DNA of 61,047 nt. It comes from a virus (taxonomy: Duplodnaviria > Caudoviricetes). This document shows, piece after piece, positions 56,509-61,047 of the stretch. The DNA is taken from positions 1 to 61,047 of the IMG/VR virus record IMGVR_UViG_3300028198_000003; one strand, 5' to 3'. The first letter of the stretch is position 1, and every line of letters begins with the position of its first letter. The position numbers and the translations under genes were made by a program. The notes under the pieces are model-generated. The model worked only from the letters and a program-made list of their open reading frames with translations, did not search any database and had not been told where the DNA came from.

Positions 56509-59313
56509 TTATTCTTTTAGTCTATCGCCTATAGTTTGTCTAGTATCTGCTCTATAAGCATTTCTTCTATCACGTGCTAGTCTTCTATTCATACGTTTTC
56601 TTGCAGGAACTGCATCTGCTTCTGCCTGTGTTTTCCAAGCTTTTCCATTATGATCAATATATCTGGTATTTTCATCGGCAACAGGTGCTTCATTTTTAGA
56701 TCCATCAGGTAAATCACTACCAAATGCTCCTACACCTCTGTTTGCTCTTATCTTTTTTACAACTTTAGGTTCTTGTGTTGTTCTTTTTGATTGTACCCTA
56801 TCATCTTCAGGTCTTGGTTGTACTAATGTTACTTGAGTACTGTCGCCTGAGCCTTGAGTATGTCCATGATCTGATCCTAGACCTCTTGAGCCTAAACCAC
56901 CTGAAATTTGTAGTTTTTTAAGTTCATATAATGCTTTTTCTAATGCCATTGTTCTTTTTGGTGTCTTGGTTTCTTTAACACGTTTTTGTTGTTTTGAATC
57001 CCATACTTCTTCACCTACTGTTGGATATTTCATTTCTACGTTACCTCTTGTTTTTCTATATGTCATAGCTTTTTTTTTATTGAGTTCATCTAATGACATT
57101 TTAAGTTGTCTTGCAGCAGTATCTCCACCTCTACTGTAACGTATCTTTGGAGTTGGTGGATCATTATTATCATCTCTATCATCACGATCTCTTGGAGGTT
57201 TAGGACTAGATCTACCATCTATTTCAACTGATGAATCTGAGTAAAAATTAGGATCTTTATCATGTTTTGGTAGTGATCTTGGTTTTTTACCCTCTGAATC
57301 TTTGTTTTCATAATTACTTCCATCTTCAAAACCATCTTCAAACCTCATATTACTATATGCATCTCGAACTACTTTATCTTGCTTTCTTGTTTTTCTACTT
57401 CTATACACTGGAAGTGTATCTCCTTCATTTCTCATTCCTCTTGCTTTTAAACCACAGTTTTTACATGCTTTTACTCTTACTTTGTTTAATTTTAATAAAG
57501 CATGAACCTTGTTTACCTCTCTAATTGCCTTTGATTTATGTCTATTCATTAACCAATCCCATTCAGGTCTTTCTTCTTCAACCTCTTGTGGTGCTGCTAC
57601 TTCTTCGTCTTCCTCATCATCTGCCTTCTTTTTAGCATTTTGTCCAGATGTTAATCTTGTAGCAAGTGATCTATGTCCACCTCCACCTTTCTTACCTTTA
57701 ATATTTTCAGTCTCTTCTTCAATAATTTTATCTAAATCTACATCATCTGCTTTGTTATTCAATCTTTGTGCGTTAGGTGCATCTTGATTAAATGCTCCTT
57801 CTGTTGTTCCACCTGAACCAGTATTACTAATATCTGCTGCTTTAGGTTTTCTTGGATCTTTAAAACCATGACCACAATTAGGACAGGCTCCACCCATAGA
57901 TGTCATATCACCCATATCCCTTCCATTATCTGCAACACCAAGTTTTTTATGTTTTCCACAGTTAGGACAATAATCTCCTTTTGCTTTTTCTAATCCCTTA
58001 CTTCTACATTTATCACATTGACATTTATTATTATGTATTGGGTTATTTGCACCACCAGTTTGTGTTGTTAAAGTTCCACCGTTAGTCATATTTGCTCCAC
58101 CAATACCTGCACCACCTGAGCCTGAACTTGCTTCGACCTTGTGTACAAATGAACCAACAATCTTTTCTGCTGATTCTCTTGACTTACCTTCTGCCATCAA
58201 TGCTTGTACTTTTTGTTCAAATGTTTGTGATTCGTTTAGATCTGCTTGTTGAATTTGAGTTGGAAGTTCTTGTGATAGTGATCCTTTTATTGGAAGTTTC
58301 TTTTCAGGTATTTCTCTTTTTGTATCATTGATTTCTGTACCATTATTTCTATCTTCAGTATCAACTCTATATCCTGCTTTATTAATAATTTCAATAGCTT
58401 TTTCTAGATCTGGTGTATAACCTGATGTTTCAGTTTCTCTCATATCACTTTCAGGTTGTGTTGGGCGTTTCTCTTCCTTATTACCTAATGTTGCGTCCAA
58501 CATCTCTTTTTTCTCCATAAATTTATTATAATATTGATTATCAGAATCTTCTTTATCATCTTCCTGTATTTCTTTCCATAATTTTAATTGTCTAGCAGTT
58601 AAACCTGTTGGTTCAGTTTTATCAATGGCTCTACCACGTTGTTTTCCTGCCTCAACTTCATTATAATTTTCTGGTTTGTCACCTTCCATAACAGTTAAGA
58701 GATCTCCTCCTCCAGTTTTATTGACATAACAACCCATCTTGTCACATTGAATTACCATCTTACCATCATCTCTAACAGATGAGTTAAAATTTGCTTTAGC
58801 AATCTGATTAAAATCAGTAATGATAGCCATTGGTACTGCAGGATCTGCACATACAGCAACTTCATAATGTTCAAGATCACTTAATGCATAAGCAGTACTT
58901 CCGTCTTTCATTTTAATTGGGGATCTTGCTGATCTCGTTGCACCACCAAATGATAATCCCTTGTATTCATTATTTTTAATTTTATTCCAAATAACATTAT
59001 CTAATTCATAATTCTTGAAAATTTTACCAGTTATTTTAATTGCAGGTAACTCATGACCCTCACCATTTTTTACAGTTGTTCTAGAATAATTGATACCTTT
59101 GCCTACAATTCTGTTAGAGTGAGTATCACTGATTGGTGCTCCTCTGTCTATCCATACAGGCAATACCTTGTATAACTCATCAACTATGGTAACTTCACCT
59201 TGCTTATCTTTCATTTGAACAGTCAAAAGACCTTCAAAGTATCTTTCATCTGAAGATATACCTTCCATGCTTTTTAACGTACTTGTAAGCTTATGGAAAC
59301 CATAAATTGTCAT
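56509..59313 (-). CDS. Prohead protease (HK97-type) with ~730-aa low-complexity extension
   Basis: DKQGE, DTHSNRIVG, YKGLSFGG, YEVAVCADPAVP. Confidence 0.85.
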   Translation of the reverse strand: MTIYGFHKLTSTLKSMEGISSDERYFEGLLTVQMKDKQGEVTIVDELYKVLPVWIDRGAPISDTHSNRIVGKGINYSRTTVKNGEGHELPAIKITGKIFKNYELDNVIWNKIKNNEYKGLSFGGATRSARSPIKMKDGSTAYALSDLEHYEVAVCADPAVPMAIITDFNQIAKANFNSSVRDDGKMVIQCDKMGCYVNKTGGGDLLTVMEGDKPENYNEVEAGKQRGRAIDKTEPTGLTARQLKLWKEIQEDDKEDSDNQYYNKFMEKKEMLDATLGNKEEKRPTQPESDMRETETSGYTPDLEKAIEIINKAGYRVDTEDRNNGTEINDTKREIPEKKLPIKGSLSQELPTQIQQADLNESQTFEQKVQALMAEGKSRESAEKIVGSFVHKVEASSGSGGAGIGGANMTNGGTLTTQTGGANNPIHNNKCQCDKCRSKGLEKAKGDYCPNCGKHKKLGVADNGRDMGDMTSMGGACPNCGHGFKDPRKPKAADISNTGSGGTTEGAFNQDAPNAQRLNNKADDVDLDKIIEEETENIKGKKGGGGHRSLATRLTSGQNAKKKADDEEDEEVAAPQEVEEERPEWDWLMNRHKSKAIREVNKVHALLKLNKVRVKACKNCGLKARGMRNEGDTLPVYRSRKTRKQDKVVRDAYSNMRFEDGFEDGSNYENKDSEGKKPRSLPKHDKDPNFYSDSSVEIDGRSSPKPPRDRDDRDDNNDPPTPKIRYSRGGDTAARQLKMSLDELNKKKAMTYRKTRGNVEMKYPTVGEEVWDSKQQKRVKETKTPKRTMALEKALYELKKLQISGGLGSRGLGSDHGHTQGSGDSTQVTLVQPRPEDDRVQSKRTTQEPKVVKKIRANRGVGAFGSDLPDGSKNEAPVADENTRYIDHNGKAWKTQAEADAVPARKRMNRRLARDRRNAYRADTRQTIGDRLKE

Positions 59314-59376
59314 ATATAAATTGAACGTAACAAGGTTAATAAATATTATGATAAAAAAGTAAAAACTAGAGGTTTT

Positions 59377-59643
59377 TTAGTCCTCTGTTAATTTTTTGGC
59401 TTTTGAAACAGCATAATCTACAGAGAAACCTGCTGTAAGACCTATCAATGCTAGACCTAATGTGTCTATGCCTGATAATCCTATTGTTTGTGCTATAGCA
59501 ATACCTGCAAAGCCTGAAACAATTACTGCACCAAAGAATTTCTTAATATCATAGGAACTTTCAGAACCTAGAAATCCTCTTATGGTGTTTAAGATTGCAC
59601 CAGATACTGTTGCGATTACTACCACGAGTAATGGATCTACCAT
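59377..59643 (-). CDS. Small 3-TM membrane protein (holin-like)
   Basis: Three hydrophobic segments and a basic tail; start MVDP. Confidence 0.6.
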   Translation of the reverse strand: MVDPLLVVVIATVSGAILNTIRGFLGSESSYDIKKFFGAVIVSGFAGIAIAQTIGLSGIDTLGLALIGLTAGFSVDYAVSKAKKLTED

Positions 59644-59681
59644 AAATGAAAGACAATCCATCTATATTTAACTATTACTAC

Positions 59682-59930
59682 TCATTTGTCGAGTAATTCC
59701 TTGACTAGGTCGTCAAGATCTGATTTTGCCTCTTCTGGGTGTAATCTATTTGACTGCCTATCAACTGCTTTAGCTAAAATAATAATGGTTTTTTGTAATC
59801 TTTCTACTGTCTCACATAGACTTTTCTGTGTTTTTTGTACTTTTTTAAAATATGTGACTACTGCTGCCCCTGTACCAAGAGCAATAGCCATAACTACTTC
59901 TTCATATATTGAATCTAACAATTCAAGCAT
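59682..59930 (-). CDS. Single-TM coiled-coil protein
   Basis: ORF track. Confidence 0.65.
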   Translation of the reverse strand: MLELLDSIYEEVVMAIALGTGAAVVTYFKKVQKTQKSLCETVERLQKTIIILAKAVDRQSNRLHPEEAKSDLDDLVKELLDK

Positions 59931-59982
59931 ATTAATTAATAATATTTATGCTTTTTATTTATATCGGTTGATTTATTAATGG

Positions 59983-60438
59983 GTGATATATATGAATATT
60001 ATGGCTTCTTCCATATATTTATACAATAATTATGAAGAATTTGAGTTATTTAACAAGGATAATTTCAATGAAAAATTCAAAACAATTAAGATAATAGACA
60101 TGTATATCCATCAAAAAACTAAATTATGGGTGGTAACTGACACAAATGACCTCATAGAAAAGCCATATTTGCAAAAATCTTTGGTTCATTTTAGAAATGC
60201 AACTGTAGAAGAGTACATAACTGATGAAACTAAGCTTATATTGCATGATAAGATCAAATTTAACCCTAAAAAGATGTTTATTGATATATTTCCAAGATTT
60301 TTAAGAAAACCAGAACTTAGATGGAGAGTTGACAAATATATTAACGATGGTAATAATATGGAAACTAGAATGGTTGATTATGACAACAGATATTATGATT
60401 TTGAAAATAATAGAATAAATTTTGTGTTAAAAAACTAA
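59983..60438 (+). CDS. Hypothetical protein on the opposite strand
   Basis: 151-aa ORF. Confidence 0.7.
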   Translation: MIYMNIMASSIYLYNNYEEFELFNKDNFNEKFKTIKIIDMYIHQKTKLWVVTDTNDLIEKPYLQKSLVHFRNATVEEYITDETKLILHDKIKFNPKKMFIDIFPRFLRKPELRWRVDKYINDGNNMETRMVDYDNRYYDFENNRINFVLKN

Positions 60439-60881
60439 CGTTTGTTACCTAAATTTTTACCCAGTATGTGTTGCCAGTCTTTTCCGTGTTTTCTTCTCAT
60501 ACTCTTCCAAAACGGATCAACTTCAAACATTCCACCTTTTGCATTGTATGATTTCATTATATTTGAAACCTTTCTGTGACACTTTTGACAAAGTCTTGCG
60601 TTTATTTGTTCCATGCCATGTTTATATTCTCCACAGAAATGACACATGCCATAAACAATCTCTTTAATTGGGACTAGAATGGTTTCTCTGCCTTTTTTAC
60701 CTGCACAGTCACCACAAATGTCGTTTACACCTGCACCTACTGGAATACCGTTACCAAAGCAACTAAAACACATTCCTTCTTTATAGTTGTTCACTCTTGT
60801 ATATTCATTTTTTTGATGTATATCTACAATTTTACTACCAATTTTTGTTTGTCCAGAGTCTATTTTAACTTTTTCTGCCAC
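60435..60881 (-). CDS. Multi-CxxC Zn-binding protein
   Basis: CFSC, CGDC, CHFC, CQKC. Confidence 0.75.
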   Translation of the reverse strand: MAEKVKIDSGQTKIGSKIVDIHQKNEYTRVNNYKEGMCFSCFGNGIPVGAGVNDICGDCAGKKGRETILVPIKEIVYGMCHFCGEYKHGMEQINARLCQKCHRKVSNIMKSYNAKGGMFEVDPFWKSMRRKHGKDWQHILGKNLGNKR

Positions 60882-61047
60882 TATTTGTCCCTATTCTCCA
60901 TGTTTCTTAAACACTCCATTAGTATTCCAAGTGACCTGTTGTCTTTTTTAATATCTAACAAATCAACAATACGTCCTAAATATATATCCCATTCATCTAA
61001 TTTTTTAGGTTTTGCAACTTTAGGTTTTGTAACTTTAGGTTTTGTAA
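60881..61047 (-). CDS. 3' part of the PKV[A/T]K-repeat protein begun at 85 (...TKPKVTKPKVAKPKKLDEWDIYLGRIVDLL...RDK*)
   Basis: Translated by hand; its stop overlaps the GTG start of the next gene. Confidence 0.75.
   Translation of the reverse strand, partial: TKPKVTKPKVAKPKKLDEWDIYLGRIVDLLDIKKDNRSLGILMECLRNMENRDK

Overview
A near-complete, circularly permuted genome (~61 kb) of a tailed archaeal virus (Caudoviricetes, siphovirus-like). The host is most likely a marine ammonia-oxidising archaeon (Nitrososphaeria/Thaumarchaeota). This is inferred from archaeal-type MCM, RadA and an Hjc-like resolvase, TATA-box promoters, GGAGGTG Shine-Dalgarno sites and many small Cys-rich proteins. Both ends stop inside the same 15-bp coding tandem repeat (PKV[A/T]K), so the contig probably closes there. 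Layout: portal (78-1943, -); small accessory ORFs (2.1-6.3 kb, mostly +); a probable early + strand operon (7.1-15.9 kb); a - strand replication/recombination block (16.6-24.9 kb); terminase, a TGT/DpdA-like gene and a Cas4-like nuclease (27-31 kb); and a long - strand morphogenesis block (31.8-59.9 kb). The early operon encodes a COOH-NH2 amidoligase with a 25-Cys insertion, a class II glutamine amidotransferase and a MoxR AAA+/vWA pair, and a gamma-glutamylcyclotransferase gene follows it. No DNA polymerase, primase, integrase, reverse transcriptase, amoC, tRNA or CRISPR array was recognised. The most unusual signal is a set of long, highly base-paired non-coding segments around the early operon (~6440-6995, ~10250-10740, ~15910-16270). 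A 38-nt stretch at the start of the last one is complementary (37/38) to two separated segments of the first, joined across a 66-nt hairpin insert. A conserved bulged hairpin (CAGAGTTGTACACGACT) also recurs inside the operon. All family assignments come from motif recognition by eye; no database searches were run.
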